Source of the DNA: Octopus vulgaris
Lineage: Eukaryota
Assembly: GCA_951406725.2 (NCBI GenBank)
Contig: OX597815.1
Coordinates: 180,234,001-180,298,000 of the forward strand
Direction of reading: 5' to 3'
Length of the DNA: 64,000 bases
Each line of letters starts with the position of its first letter. The stretch's first letter is position 1. Below, piece after piece: positions 1 to 12,876 of the stretch. A model generated the notes under the pieces. That model made no database searches. It was not told the origin of the DNA and worked only from the letters and a program-made list of their open reading frames with translations. The position numbers were made by a program, and so were the translations under genes.

Positions 1-105
1 ACCTGTCTGCCTCAGTTGCTATGGCATTGAGGTAGATCCAGCCACCCCTGCTAACGGGGACAAAACCTGTATTTAAAACACTGGATGATGATGATGATGA
101 TGATT
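1..105 (+). mobile_element. 3' end of a non-LTR retroelement with (GAT)n tail
   Basis: GATCCAGCCACCCCTGCTAACGGGGACAAAACC...GGATGATGATGATG, a hairpin-plus-microsatellite tail typical of RTE-type 3' ends; cut by the window edge. Confidence 0.45.
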
Positions 106-328
106 GGATGGCTGTGATAAGAGTATTATGAATTTGCTGGCATCACTCTCAGAGTCATTAGATCATGCAAGCTCCACCATGGCAAGGAATGAGCATCATA
201 AAGCATACACATACACACATATGCATATATATATATATATATATATATATGCATATTTATCCCTAATTGCATAATATTTTTATTTGTGCTATTAAATGTT
301 TTAATCCTTTCTGTTTTCTTTGCATACT

Positions 329-733
329 GGAGGAGTGGCTGTGTGGTAAGTAGCTTGTTTACCAACCACATGGTTCCGGGTTCAGTCCCACTGCGTGGCA
401 CCTTGGGCAAGTGTCTTCTACTATAGCCTCGGGCCGACCAAAGCCTTGTGAGTGGATTTGGTAGACGGAAACTGAAAGAAGCCTGTTGTATATATGTCTA
501 TATATATATGCATGTGTATGTATGTGTGTTTGTGTGTCTGTGTTTGTCCCCCTAGCATTGCTTGACAACCGATGCTGGGGTGTTTATGCCCCTGTCACTT
601 AGCAGTTCGGCAAAAGAGACCGATAGAATAAGTACTGGGCTTACAAAGAATAAGTCCCGGGGTCAAGTTGCTCGATTAAAGGTGGTGCCCCAGCATGGCC
701 GCAGTCAAATGACTGAAACAAGTAAAAAAAAAA
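329..733 (+). mobile_element. tRNA-derived SINE, family A
   Basis: A-box-like TGGCTGTGTGG and B-box-like GGTTCAGTCC, CCTTGGGCAAGT core, internal (TA/TG)n, tail CAAATGACTGAAACAAGTAAAA; many copies in the window. Confidence 0.9.
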
Positions 734-1055
734 ATACTGTTTCTCCCTGTTATCTTGGTGTGGTATGGTAGATAAATCTAAGACTTTAGCTCTTATTTCT
801 AGCAGGTGGATGCTTGTTAAGCATCCTTACGCTTCGTGCAAATTTATAATTCATAGCTATTTAACGCTATTGCGTCTGCAACCTACCTATGTCACTGCTG
901 TTGATATCATCAATTTTAAAATTTATTCACAGATGATATGAACAGTAGTGACATCTGATTTCAAATCTCAGTGTTTGAATGTTTTGCTTATATATATGTG
1001 TGTGTGTGTATGCATGTATGTAGAATGTGTGTATGTGTGTGTATATATATATATA

Positions 1056-1198
1056 TCATCATCATCAACATCATTGTTTAATGTCTGCTTTCCATGCTAG
1101 CATGGGTTGGACGAATGACTGAGGGCTGGCGAACCAGATGGCTGCACCAGACTCCAATCTTGATTTGGCAGAGTTTCTACAGCTGGATGCCCTTCCTA

Positions 1199-1200
<2 letters not shown>
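1056..1200 (-). mobile_element. RTE LINE 3'-tail fragment
   Basis: Matches the 3' UTR of the RTE copies at 17.7 kb and 34.8 kb (AGGAAGGGCATCCAGCTGTAGAAA...AACGATGATGATG). Confidence 0.85.
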
Positions 1201-1265
<65 letters not shown>

Positions 1266-1679
1266 AGTTCAAAAGAAATGGAAGTAGAGAGATGTGTCAC
1301 TGAAGATACTGCAACAATATGATGAAATAATTATTTGACAAAAAAAGAAATGACAATACTCACAATACTGGACATTTGAACGATTAACTGTTTGACTAAA
1401 GTGTTTAACATATGAGTTTGAAAAACTAGTAAGGAACAACTAATCGATAAATTGGTTAAAGGAATAACTAACCCATTAACTACCAATAACAATAAAGAAT
1501 CGAACCAGTGCTTGTGTTTATTATTACTGGCATAATGCCCCTCCCAAGGTTCAATAGTATTTCTTTCAACACACGAAGTCACATCAAGAATCTTGCAAAC
1601 CAAATAGAAATACCGAATGCCACACATCCATTTCCAAGTAAGTTTTATCTTAATAATTCCGATGTGCACTCTACAACTA

Positions 1680-2340
1680 TCTCTATTCTATCTCCCTCTC
1701 TTGTTCTTCTTCCTTTCTGTTTTTCTCTCCCACCCTTCCTCTAATTCTTCTCCTCTCCCCTTCACCATTCCCTCCCTCTCCCTCACTCTTCCTCCTTGAC
1801 TCTCTTGTTACTCACGCGTGACCAATGGCTACCTATCTTTCTTTCTTCCTCTTCCTTCCTAAAGACAAGATGTGCTTTTGCCTGTCTCTTCTCAAAGCTC
1901 GTTTTTCCAGCATTCATCACTTCACCTTGTTATGGCTAAACAGCCCTTACAGTTTGTTTTTACTGTTTTGTTCTTACTGTCCTGTTTTTGTCACTACTTT
2001 AACCCTCCGCAAATCTCAAATTTTAAAAATTTGCTTTGCACGAACGACTGTTTTAACGAAGATACATCTTGTCCCTATGTTCGAAATGCAGAGTAGATAA
2101 AACAGGGGACAACTGATGAAGGGATTGTTCTTTATGTTGTCTGTCTCGTTTCTCTAGTTGTTTCTTATGTTGTTCGAAAAATGTTTGTTTTTCATATTTT
2201 GTTCTTTATGTTCTCATTTCTCATTTTGTTCACGTTTTTTTGATGTCCTGTACGCATATATGCATGTATATATACATATATATATGTAAGTATTTACATA
2301 TATGTATGTATATATGCATATATTTATATATTATTTATAT
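1680..2340 (+). mobile_element. CT-rich repeat, probable Penelope-like terminal region (second copy at 23480-24220)
   Basis: Colinear similarity with 23480-24220 (CTGTCCTGTTTTTGTCAC...TTTGCTTTGC...CGAAAT.CAGA.TAGA...GGACAA.TGATGAAGGG...GATGTCCTGT); degenerate hammerhead-like motifs. Confidence 0.5.
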
Positions 2341-2781
2341 TATTATATATATACATACATATATATAGTTCACAGATGAGATCCAGAGATTCTCTGTATA
2401 GAAGACACTTAGTTATGTTGAAAAGATTCAAACTTGGACTCTGATGTCTTTATAAGGGATCATTCCACAAGATAAAGAAAGGTTATAAGTGGGGTCAAGT
2501 TGAATGGATATAGGGGCAACTATATGGATAAACAAATTAGATACATCAAATATATTAAACACACTAAATACATCAAATACAAAATGTGTATATATGTATA
2601 CATGCAAAACAAGAGAAAGCAAAAGTTGGAGACTTTTATATATAAATAAAATATAAGGATAAAATCTATATAAGATTTTATTAAGTAGCTAGCATGTAAA
2701 CCAATTAAGGAAAAAAATTAATACAAGTTATCTAATTTTCTCCTTGATATATATATAATGCATTACAATATCATGGGCTAT

Positions 2782-2933
2782 TACTTTGTGTAAAAGCCAC
2801 ATGCTTTAATGGGACTCTAAAGTCAAACTACTTCTTCTAATTTTCATTCCCTCGATGTCGGAGCATTTGAATACTTATTGATGTTGTTTGACTTTAGAGC
2901 CCCATTAAAGCATGTGGCTTTTACACAAGGTAA
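2782..2933. repeat. Inverted repeat with ~48-bp arms
   Basis: TTACTTTGTGTAAAAGCCACATGCTTTAATGGGACTCTAAAGTCAAAC versus GTTTGACTTTAGAGCCCCATTAAAGCATGTGGCTTTTACACAAGGTAA. Confidence 0.9.
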
Positions 2934-3412
2934 ATGCCAACTATATTATAAGTATAAATATATAAATATTTATTTTAATAGGTCCAACTTATACTGTGTA
3001 CATAAATCTTATAAGTTGATTACATTGACAAATCTTCAAAATTATTGTTGCAGATGAAATGACATCACTGTCAACAGTCCAGTGTAAATACTAAAGATAT
3101 GAAAAATGCATTCCTTGGAAATTTGAAATTGCAATTGATTTAGAAGATTTTAAAAAAATATAACTGATGGTGCTGGCACAATGTAAAAAAAGCACCCAGT
3201 ACACTTTGTAAAATGGTTGGCAATAGGAAAGGCATCTAGCTATAGAAACCATGCCAAAACTGACAATGAAGTCTGGTGTGGCCCCAACCTTATCAGCATC
3301 TGTCAAACTATCCAACTCAGCATGGAAAACAGACATTAAATGATGATGATGATGATGATATGTTTATTCTTTTCTATTCTAGGCACAAAGCTCAGTTTTA
3401 GAAATGTAACAT

Positions 3413-3836
3413 ATTCTTTTCTGCTCTAGGCACAAAGCCCGAAATTTTTGGGGAGGGGGCCAGTCAATTAGATCTACCTCAGTATGTAACTGGTACTAAA
3501 TTTATCGACCCCCAAAAGGATGAAAGGCAAAGTCGACCTTGGCAGAATTTGAACTCAGAACGTGATGGCAGACGAAGTACCGCTAAGCATTTCGCCCAGC
3601 ATGCTAACAGTTCTGCCAGCTCGCTGCCTTAGAAATGTAACATATTCTTTTCTGCTCTAGGCACAAAGCCCAACATTTTTGAGGAGGGGGCCAGTCAATT
3701 AGATCTACCCCAGTATGCAGCTGGTACTAAATTTAGGCAGAATTTAGGCAGAATTTGAACTCAGAACATAACAGTAGACGAAATACCACTGAGCATTTCA
3801 CCCAGCGTGCTAACGATTCTGCCAGTTCACTGCCTT
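3413..3836 (-). mobile_element. Two adjacent copies of tRNA-derived SINE family B
   Basis: GGCGAGCTGGCAGAA..GTTAGCA head, GAGTTCAAATTC B-box, GCCTTTCATCCTTT.GGGGTCGATAAA central domain (MetaSINE-like); first copy flanked by direct repeat TTAGAAATGTAACAT. Confidence 0.88.
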
Positions 3837-4941
3837 GATGATATGATTTATTGTTAATGAAATGCACGTAAGATGACATAACTAAATACCACAGAAACCA
3901 AATCTTCTCTTTTGTCTTCTAAACATCCATTGTGACCTACACCAATTAGAGATTCCAACTAAGTGAAAACCAGAATAAGAGTTCTCCTCACATTTTCCCC
4001 TTGGATATACAGGAATACACACTGACTTCTAAATGCTGCTTATCTGATATACTTGATCTCAGAACTCTTCCACAAGTATTGTACAGAAGTATTTATTTAC
4101 ATTATTCATTAACTTAGTTAGTCGTTATTTATTCACTACTTATCGAAGTACTATTTTTGTGTGCGCATGTGTACGCTTAAATTCTCTTTGCGATTGTGTT
4201 GAATTGCACGTCACATTACATTTATTTGCATATCTTTCTCTCCACATCAAATGAAGCTTCCTTCAGTCTTTTTTCCATTGTCGGTAATGACATTCTTCTC
4301 AATAGAAATTATATTTGTTCTTTCCTAATTCTAACCATTTTGTTTATAATTGTATTTCATAGTCTTCTATTTTTTCATTATTATTTTTGTATAACTCTGT
4401 GTGTTGATATTATCTGTAACCATTTTAGTTCCATCTTTGTATTTTAATAGCAAATTATATTCACCAATAATACTTACAAATAAGAACGGTATATATCTTT
4501 TAAATTAATACGTTTTATGCCACTTGAATGAAACTTCCAAAACATCTATCAAAATATATTAATGTTTCAATTTGTCACATATTTTTCATATTTGTAGTGA
4601 CTCACAAGCAACCAAGTGAACTCTTAGTTGTTAATCTTTTATCTTTTACTTGTTTCAGTCATTAGACTCTGGCCATGCTGGAGCACCACTTTCAAGAATC
4701 TTTACTACCCCAGTACTTATATTCATCTTTTTTTGTTTGTTTGTTTGTTTCTTCTTTTAAATCTGTCTATTTATCTTATATGATATCATAATTATTCTCA
4801 TTGAGAGTGCTCAGTGAGGTGAATGCATCCTGATTTAAATAAGTTTTTTTTTTTCCTCTAATATGAATATAAAATAATCTGCTCTCTTAAATTCTAAAAA
4901 GGTCATCCTAAGTTTAAATAATACCAGAACTATAACCATAT

Positions 4942-5327
4942 AGCAGGAATGGCTGTGTGGTAAGTAGCTTGCTTACCAACCACATGGTCCCGGGTTCAGT
5001 CCCATTGCGTGGCACCTTGGGCAACTGTCTTCTACTATAGCCTCGGGCCGACCAAAGCCTTGTGAGTGGATTTGGCAGACGGAAACTGGAAGAAGTCTGT
5101 TGTATATGTATATATATGTATATGTGTATATATCTGTGTGTCTGTGTTTCTTCCCCCAACATCGCTTGACAATCGATGCTGGTAACTTAGCGATTCGGCA
5201 AAAGAGACTGATAGAATAAGTACTAGGCTTACAAAAAATAAGTTCTGGGGTCGATCTGCTCGACTAAAAGTGGTGCTCCAGCATGGCTGCAGTCAAATGA
5301 CTGAAACAAGTAAAAGAGTAAAAGAGA
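4942..5327 (+). mobile_element. SINE family A
   Basis: Near full-length match to 329-733. Confidence 0.9.
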
Positions 5328-5694
5328 TATCATATTTCAAAGCAGTCTATACTATCATGTACCCTAAGGTTTTATGATCCCTCACCTAGAATATGCTTTA
5401 AGAGAGACTACCTAACACTTGAATCCTCAGTTCACTTCAGCCGCTCGCATGGGTAAAACCTTGAATGAAGCTGTGGCTTAGTAAAATCTACCTTGGATGA
5501 ATGGGTAATGCAAATGAATCACCTAAATGCACATAAATGCTAGATCAAAGGACATTAGGACACTTATGCAGTAGAAACATGTGTTGGATTGGAATCTAAG
5601 GCAAATAATATGGTAATAAACAAATTTTGAAGAGATATAATTCTCTATTCTTCTCTATCACGTCTTGTAGGTATGTGTGTATTGGACAATAAAC

Positions 5695-6100
5695 TTTGCT
5701 TGCAAAGACCTGTTGAGGCAAGTGAAATCAAAATTGCTAATGTGGAAAATGACAGTACCGCCTGATTGGCACCCGTGCTAGTGGCACATAAAAAGCACCA
5801 TTTGAGCATGATTGTTGCTAGCTCCAACTTATTGGCACAAGTGCAGGTGGTATGTGAGAAACAACATTTGAGCGTGGTTGTTGCCAGTACCACCTGACTG
5901 GCCCTCATGCCAGTAGCACTTAAAAGCACCCACTACACTCTCGGAGTGGTTGGCATTAGGAAGGGCCTCCAGCTGTAGAAACTTTGCCAGATCAGATTGG
6001 AGCCTGGTGCAGCCTTCTGGCTCGCCAGTTCTCAATCAAACCATCCAACCCATGCCAGCTTGGAAAGCGGACGTTAAATGACAATGATGATGATGATGAT
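5695..6100 (+). mobile_element. RTE LINE 3' UTR fragment
   Basis: ~60-bp GTGCC.GTGGCAC.TAAAAAGCACC subrepeats, conserved tail and (GAT)n. Confidence 0.85.
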
Positions 6101-6532
6101 TATGATATTTATATATATTGATTAAGACACTGTTGAATTAGATACTTAAATTGAGGCACCAAGCCAGTTCGAGGAGAGCTGGTTTCTTTCAATTTGATGT
6201 AATGTTTTCATTGCTCAGTTTAAATGGAGCCACTTGAAATGGTTGTAATGCATTGATACCTGGACATTCTTGTTACTTATTTACTTTATATATATCATCA
6301 TCATCATCACCATGTAACATCCATCTTCGGTGATGGCTTGGGTTGGACAGCTTGACAGAAGCTAGTAAGCCAGAGGCCTGTGCCAAATTCCACTGTCTGT
6401 TTTGGCATGGTTTTGTTTTATGGCTGGATTCCCTTCCTGAAGCCATCCACCTGACAAAGTGAACTGGGTGCTTTTTATGTGGCACCAGCACTCGCAAAGT
6501 CTGCTTTGGCATGGCTTTTACAGCTGGATACC

Positions 6533-6805
6533 TTTCCAAATGCCAACCACTTCACAGAGAGAACAGGGGGGCATTTTACTTGGTGCCAGTACCAACACCA
6601 GCACCAGTGAAGTTACCAAGTAACTTGCAGGACAAAGAGAGGGGAGTGGTGTTAAAGGAGGGGTCTTTGTGTCGAGTGATGAGGGGTTAGAGCATGAATA
6701 GAGAGACAAAAACAGATATCGTGCTGTAGAGGAGATAAAAGGATACCCAATCAGAGAGAGAGAGCAAGGGTGATGGTGACGATGTACCAGGGTATATTCT
6801 CAAGG
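6533..6805 (-). repeat. Repeat with a closely similar inverted copy at 8402-8701
   Basis: Reverse-complement match between 6533-6805 and 8402-8701; a related copy lies near 63060-63490. Confidence 0.8.
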
Positions 6806-6855
6806 CATAATGATGTGAATATACAGTTCTGTATTTAAGAGATAAGGAATGATGT

Positions 6856-7270
6856 ACATTATTTACATTCGACAGATATTTATTCTCATCTTGTTTGTTG
6901 CTAACACAATGTTTTGGCTGATATACCCTTCAACCCTCATCAGGTGTCTTGGGGAAATTTCGAACCTGGGTTCTCATTCCTAAGGTATTTTTCAATGTTG
7001 TTATTATTATTATTATTATATGCCCATGGGCATATGGCACAGTAGTTAAGAGCATTGGCTACTAACTCCAAGATTCCGAGTTCGATTCTAAGCAGTGACC
7101 TAAATAGTAATAATAATAATAATAATCATAATAATAATAATAACAACATTGAAAAATATCTTGGGGATGAGAACCCAAGTTCGAAATTTCCCCAAGACAC
7201 CTGATGAAGGGTGGAGCATATATCAACAAACAAGATGAGGACAAATATCTGTGAAATGTAAATAAAGTAT
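6856..7270. mobile_element. Inverted pair of Penelope-linked tRNA-head/(AAT)n/hammerhead units (pair 1)
   Basis: Minus copy 6856-7017 and plus copy 7028-7270 around palindrome ATATGCCCATGGGCATAT; CTGATGA cores at ~6937-6943 (-) and 7201-7207 (+). Confidence 0.8.
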
Positions 7271-7796
7271 ATGATGTGAATATAAATGGTATGGTAGAGG
7301 ATTGCCCAGAGTGCATGAATAGGGAGTTCATATGAATGCTAAAGGGGGTGGGAGAGGGGATGCACTGACTAGTGAAACCTGGATATATATATTTCTTTAT
7401 TGCCCACAGGGGCTAAACATAGAGGGGACAAACAAAGACAGACAAAGGGATTAAGTCAATTACATCAACCCCAGTGCGTAACTGGTACTTATTTCATCGA
7501 CCCCGAAAGGATGAAAGACAAAGTCAACCTGGATATATAGGAGGGTGACAGGATAGCAATGATACAGTTGTCAGGGCAGGAAGGACAGGATTGGGCTGGA
7601 GGAGTAGAGGAAGGAGAGCTAAACATGAAGAATATGAGGAAGGGAAGAAGCAGTCTGATTTATTGGGTTAGGGTCACATGGTTAAAGATTCTATCTTGTA
7701 GCATAGTATTTTGAGCAAATGTCTTGTTACAGTCTCAATGTACCCTTGCTTTGTGAGTGAAACAGAGCAGATAGAAGTCGTACAAAGTCTCATTAA

Positions 7797-7848
7797 CCCT
7801 TTTGATACCAACCCAAAAGAATCCGCATCTGGCTCTGAGTACAAAGGG
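7797..7848. mobile_element. 52-bp piggyBac-type micro-MITE
   Basis: TTAA-CCCTTT...AAAGGG-TTAA; 5' part matches the MITEs at 8149 and 20841. Confidence 0.7.
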
Positions 7849-8148
7849 TTAAGAAAAGTGAAAATGGAGAGTGAATTGATTTAATTCCTCACAGTTTACT
7901 TGTCTTTATTAGTTCGCACAATTGTTGCCAGGTTGTTGGGGAAAATGTCAGTTAGTAAGGTTATCTGCAAGAAAAGCCAGCAAATAACCTTAGCTCTTAG
8001 GATTAGTAGCAGTGAAAGCAACAGAAGGACTAAATTCTCATCAGAACAGACCAATATTTTGTGATAATCAACATGAAGAAGGAAGATAATAGAGCAACTA
8101 AAAGTCCACTCACATCGTCAACCGTCAATTAGAGATGAACATGATTAA

Positions 8149-8367
8149 CCCTTTCATTACCAACCCGGCTGAAACCGGTTTGGGCTCTGAGTATAAATGT
8201 CGTTTACATAAGTTTTGGATTAAAATCTTCCACCAAACCTTAGTCACAATTTATGTTCCTAACTCTAGCTGAATGGTAACTAATTTATTTTACTAAATTC
8301 TTTGTTATATTTAAAACTAATTGAAAGAAACACAGAGCATCTCAACAGAAGTGTGGTAATGAAAGGG
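8149..8367. mobile_element. piggyBac-type MITE
   Basis: TTAA target duplications; TIR CCCTTTCATTACCA / TGGTAATGAAAGGG. Confidence 0.9.
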
Positions 8368-8704
8368 TTAAATGAACAATTGAAAATTGTCCTGTCACCC
8401 TCCTTGAGAATATACCCTAGTACATTGTCACCATCACCCTTGCTCTTTCTTGCTCTCCCCCCCTCTCTCTCTGATTGGGTATCCTTGTATCTCCTCTACA
8501 GCAAGGCATCTGTTTTTGTCTCTGTATTCGCACTCTAACCTCTCATCACTTGGCACAAAGACCCCTCCTTTAATACCACTCCCCTCTCTCAAAGGTTCTC
8601 TGTCCTGTAAGTTACTTGGCAACTTCACTGGTGCTGGTGTTAGTACTGGCACCAAGTAAAACGCCTCCTGTTCTCTCTGTTAAGTGGTTGGCGTTTGGAA
8701 ATTG

Positions 8705-9062
8705 TTTTTCAGCTCTATGAGACTGTTTTGAACCAAATATTTGAAGAGGAAGTTGGAAATACTGGAAATCATTATAAAGAACTGCTGAAGAACACTTGAA
8801 GTATCCTTTAGAGTATTAGAGAAAAAACCTGTTGCCATTTGGGTTTACAATAGCTTCTACTGTTTAAACTGAACATTTGGTTTCCAAGAATTTTTTCAAG
8901 ACTAACATCGGCAATAAATTAGATGAAATGAAAGATAACCTGCTTTGGAAAGATCCGGATGCAATTGCAGATATCATTGCAAGTTTAGATGAAGAAGATG
9001 ACAAAATGATAGGAAGGAAGACAGAGAAAAAACTAAATATTAAAGAATGGCCAGTTATTTGA
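8705..9062 (+). pseudogene. Possible pogo/Tigger-like transposase C-terminal remnant
   Basis: FFKTNIGNKLDEMKDNLLWKD resembles the SFKKCGISNxLDGxEDDxLW motif; highly decayed. Confidence 0.35.
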
Positions 9063-9359
9063 TAAATTAAATGATGACTTTTTTTTTTTTTTGATGACTG
9101 ATTTTGGTAATTTAAAAAAAATGAACTCATTTTATAAACAATGATGTTTTTTAAGCTATTTTAAGTAAAAGTTACACAGCAAAAAACCGGAACTATACTA
9201 GTTCTCGAGTTTGTTTTTTTTAGTTTTTGCATTCCAAGTATTTTAAGTGTTGTAGAATTTTCAGTGATTTTATGGTGATTCTTTAAAATCATCATTATCA
9301 TCATCATTTAACATCCTCCTTCCATACTGGCATGGGCTGGACATATATGTATATATATG

Positions 9360-9412
<53 letters not shown>

Positions 9413-9439
9413 ATATATATATGTTTTTTTCTTTTCTTT

Positions 9440-9651
9440 TTTTTCCTTTACTTGTTTCAATCATTTGACTGCGGCCATGCTGGAGCACCACCTTTAGTCG
9501 AACAAATCGATCCCCAGGACTTATTCTTTGTAAGCCTAGTACTTATTCTATCGGTCTCTTTTGCCAAACTGCTAGGTTGCGGGGATGTAAACACACCAAC
9601 ATCGGTTGTCAAGCGATGGTGGCAGGACAAACACAAACACACACATACATA

Positions 9652-9693
<42 letters not shown>

Positions 9694-9694
9694 G

Positions 9695-9736
<42 letters not shown>

Positions 9737-9888
9737 TCTTTCATTTTCTGTCTACCAAATCCATTCACAAGGCTTTGGTCTGGCCAAGGCTATAGTATAA
9801 GACACTTTCTCAAGGTGCCACACAGTGGCACTGAACTCAGAACCATGTGATTGGGAAGCAAGCTTCTTACCTCACAGCCATTCCTGTG

Positions 9889-9890
<2 letters not shown>
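9440..9890 (-). mobile_element. SINE family A
   Basis: Reverse-complement match to 329-733 with an expanded internal microsatellite. Confidence 0.9.
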
Positions 9891-9931
<41 letters not shown>

Positions 9932-10642
9932 TAAAACAATGCCTACCAAATAACTGGTGTTAAGCAAAGCTTATGTGAAACTTAATTTGATTATTTCATG
10001 GAAGAAAGAACAAGTGTAATTTCTAGGAGGAATTTTTTTGCCTGTTATGAAAAGACTCTACAACAATAAACTGCCTGATTTTGATCAAATAATGTATTTA
10101 TTCCACCCATCATCATCACTATCATCATCATCATCGTCGTCGTCGTCATCATCATCATCATCATTATCATCATCATCACCATTATCAACATCATCATCAT
10201 CATCTACGTATACTTTGTATATGAATTACTGTCCACTCAAATGAACTCTGTACACCTTTTCCATTGTTGTTGATATTGTTGTTGTTGTTGTTATTGTCTA
10301 AGTCTAAATCTGTGCTCACACTGAACATCCTTGTGATCAAAGGCGTTTAAAGAAACACTATAATAGAGTGTTGTTACTATTGCTGTTTAACTTCGAAAAT
10401 TAGGCTTGACTGAGTAGACCTATGATCAAACGCATTCTAACTTTGACCATCCTGTCTTTTCAGACAACATTATCTCATGTCTTTCTTCACTTTAAAAAGG
10501 AAAAAACAAAAAAAACAAAAAAAAATTTAAAAGATGGCTGGTTGTAATCTGGGACAGATTTGATTGCTATTTCTAGCAAGTGAAGCAACCACATATAGAC
10601 TCCTTCATTGTTTCATACTTCTGTGTGAATAAGTTTGCATGA

Positions 10643-10870
10643 AGGCTTGTGGTTTAGTGGTTAGGATAGTCATATTTTGATCATAAGGTTAAGAGTTCAA
10701 TCCCCAGTGATGCATTGTGTCCTTGAGCAAGACACTTTATCTCCTGTTGCTCCAATCCACTAAAATGAGTTAAGGGCACATATGTCTGTGGAGTACTCAG
10801 CCACTTTCTATACCTGGTTTGTTCCATTGATTGGATCAACTTGAACCTGTGTTGTCATAATCTATGGTCT
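10643..10870 (+). mobile_element. tRNA-derived SINE, family C
   Basis: TGGTTTAGTGG A-box, GAGTTCAATCC B-box, TGTGTCCTTGAGCAAGACACTT core; relatives at 48332 and 54790. Confidence 0.7.
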
Positions 10871-11018
10871 GCCAATTTAAATTTTTCTTGGGACCACACC
10901 AACAAAACCAAGAGGAACATTCTGATCTCTACACAATCCAGGATCTCCATACAGCCAACCCACACATGTGCCCAGAAGAGGTCCCTTCACTGTCAATGAC
11001 CAGTAGTGCAAACCTCTA

Positions 11019-11267
11019 AAGGTATAAAAGGAGGCGAGCTGGCAGTAGTGTTAGCACACCGTGCAAAATGCTTAGCAGCATTTTGTCTGCAGCAATGTTC
11101 TGAGTTCAAATTCCACTGAGGCCGACTTAGCCTTTCATCATTTTGGGGTCGATTAAATAAATACCAGTTACACACTGAGGTCGATATAATTGACTTAATC
11201 CCTTTGTCTGTCCTTGTTTGTCCCCTCTGTGTTTAGCCCCTTGTGGGCAATAAAGAAATAAGAAATA
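11019..11267 (+). mobile_element. SINE family B with target-site duplication
   Basis: Flanked by direct repeat AGTAGTGCAAACCTCTA; tail AATAAAGAAATAAGAAAT. Confidence 0.9.
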
Positions 11268-11415
11268 AGTAGTGCAAACCTCTATTGTCTCTCAAAATAA
11301 ATGGGGGCCAAAGACAAAGAATATTGGTTAAACTAAAATGAATTCACTGAAACAAAACATGAGTTGTCACTACTGCTGTTGTTTAACCCTAGGTTATCTC
11401 TCACTGAACACAACC

Positions 11416-11730
11416 ATCATCATCATCATCATCATCGTTGAACATCTATTTTCCATGCTGGCATGGGTTAGACAGTTTGACTGAGGGCTGGCAAGCTGGG
11501 AGGCTGTGCCAAGCTCCAGTCTGATCTGGCAGTGTTTCTACAGCTGGATGCGCTTCCTAATTCCAACCACTCCATGAGTATAGTGGGTACTTTTTATGTG
11601 CCACAGGAGGCTGGCAAATGGTCACGATCAGTTGGTGCTTTTTATGTGTCACCAACACGGACACCAGTCAGGCGGCGCTGGCATCAGCCACGTTCAGATG
11701 GTGCTTTTTACGTGCCACTGGCACAGGTAT
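11416..11730 (-). mobile_element. RTE LINE 3' UTR fragment
   Basis: (CAT)n followed by the conserved tail and subrepeats. Confidence 0.85.
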
Positions 11731-12876
11731 GTGCTACCGTCACGGGTAAAATATATATATATATATATATATATGATGGGCTTCTTTCAGATTCAATCTA
11801 TGAAATCCACTGTCAAAGCCTTGGTTGTCCTGAGGCTATAGCAGATGACACTTGCCCAAGGTGCCGTGCAGTGGGACTGAACCCGGAGTCATGTGATTGG
11901 GAAGCAAACTTCTTATCACTGAGAGAAACATTGAAGAAATTTTCATAAGAATCACCATGGACATTGGTGGATCAACAGAATCATTACTAAAGTGACAGGC
12001 AGCTCTTTATATTCTGAGTTCAAATTCCATTGATGTAAATTTTGCCTTTGTTCCCACTGTAAGCAATAAAACAAAATACCCGTAAAATACTGGGGTTCAT
12101 TTATAATCCTACAATGCATTCTAGATATGAATGGGATTATAATAGTTGACGAAAACATGAGAGAAAGGAAAAATGGAACTAAAATATCTGTAAAAATATT
12201 TTTTGTTTTTTTTGGTTTTGCTGTAGATAAAAAAAAAATGAAGAAAAAATATTTTTCTTTTCTGTATTTCCTTTTCTTAAAGATGAAGAAAATTTCAAAT
12301 ATAACAGTTTCAAATTAGACTCACATATTGCGAAGAAACGCTTGGCAAAACCATTATAATTATTACCTTACAGGAAAACATCATTAGCAATATTAATAAT
12401 GGGCAGAACAATAACGTCTGCTGATAATCTTACCATTCAAATAAAGCATCGCTCGTTCTATATACAATATCCTTTGTTACAGTGGCTTTATATTTTTCTT
12501 TAAAATTTCTTGGTAGACATTTATAGATCTTCTCTCCATTGGAAAATATATGTATGTCTAGGTATGTATGTGTATATATGAGGATACTTGTATGTGTGTG
12601 TTTATGTGTTTGTGTGTGCTTGCATGTACGTGCTTTCTTACATGCTATATATACATATTTTCTTTCCTGCCAACACAATTGGTCTTGCTTTGTATATTTT
12701 GGGGGTCTTTTGTAAAAATCATTCTTGCTTCTTTTCTCCTTCCTCAGTGTGTGTGTGTGTGTGTGTGTCAATATGTGTGAATGTGCATACACACACATAC
12801 ACACACACACTTAGTTGTGTGTCTGTTGGTTGATTAGTATGGATATCATACATACATACATACATACATACATATA

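Noticed and set aside
920-960. Acceptor-like TTCACAG followed by DDMNSSDI* (similar weak sites at 3054 and 25021)
   Set aside because: Too short and unsupported; such sites arise by chance in AT-rich DNA
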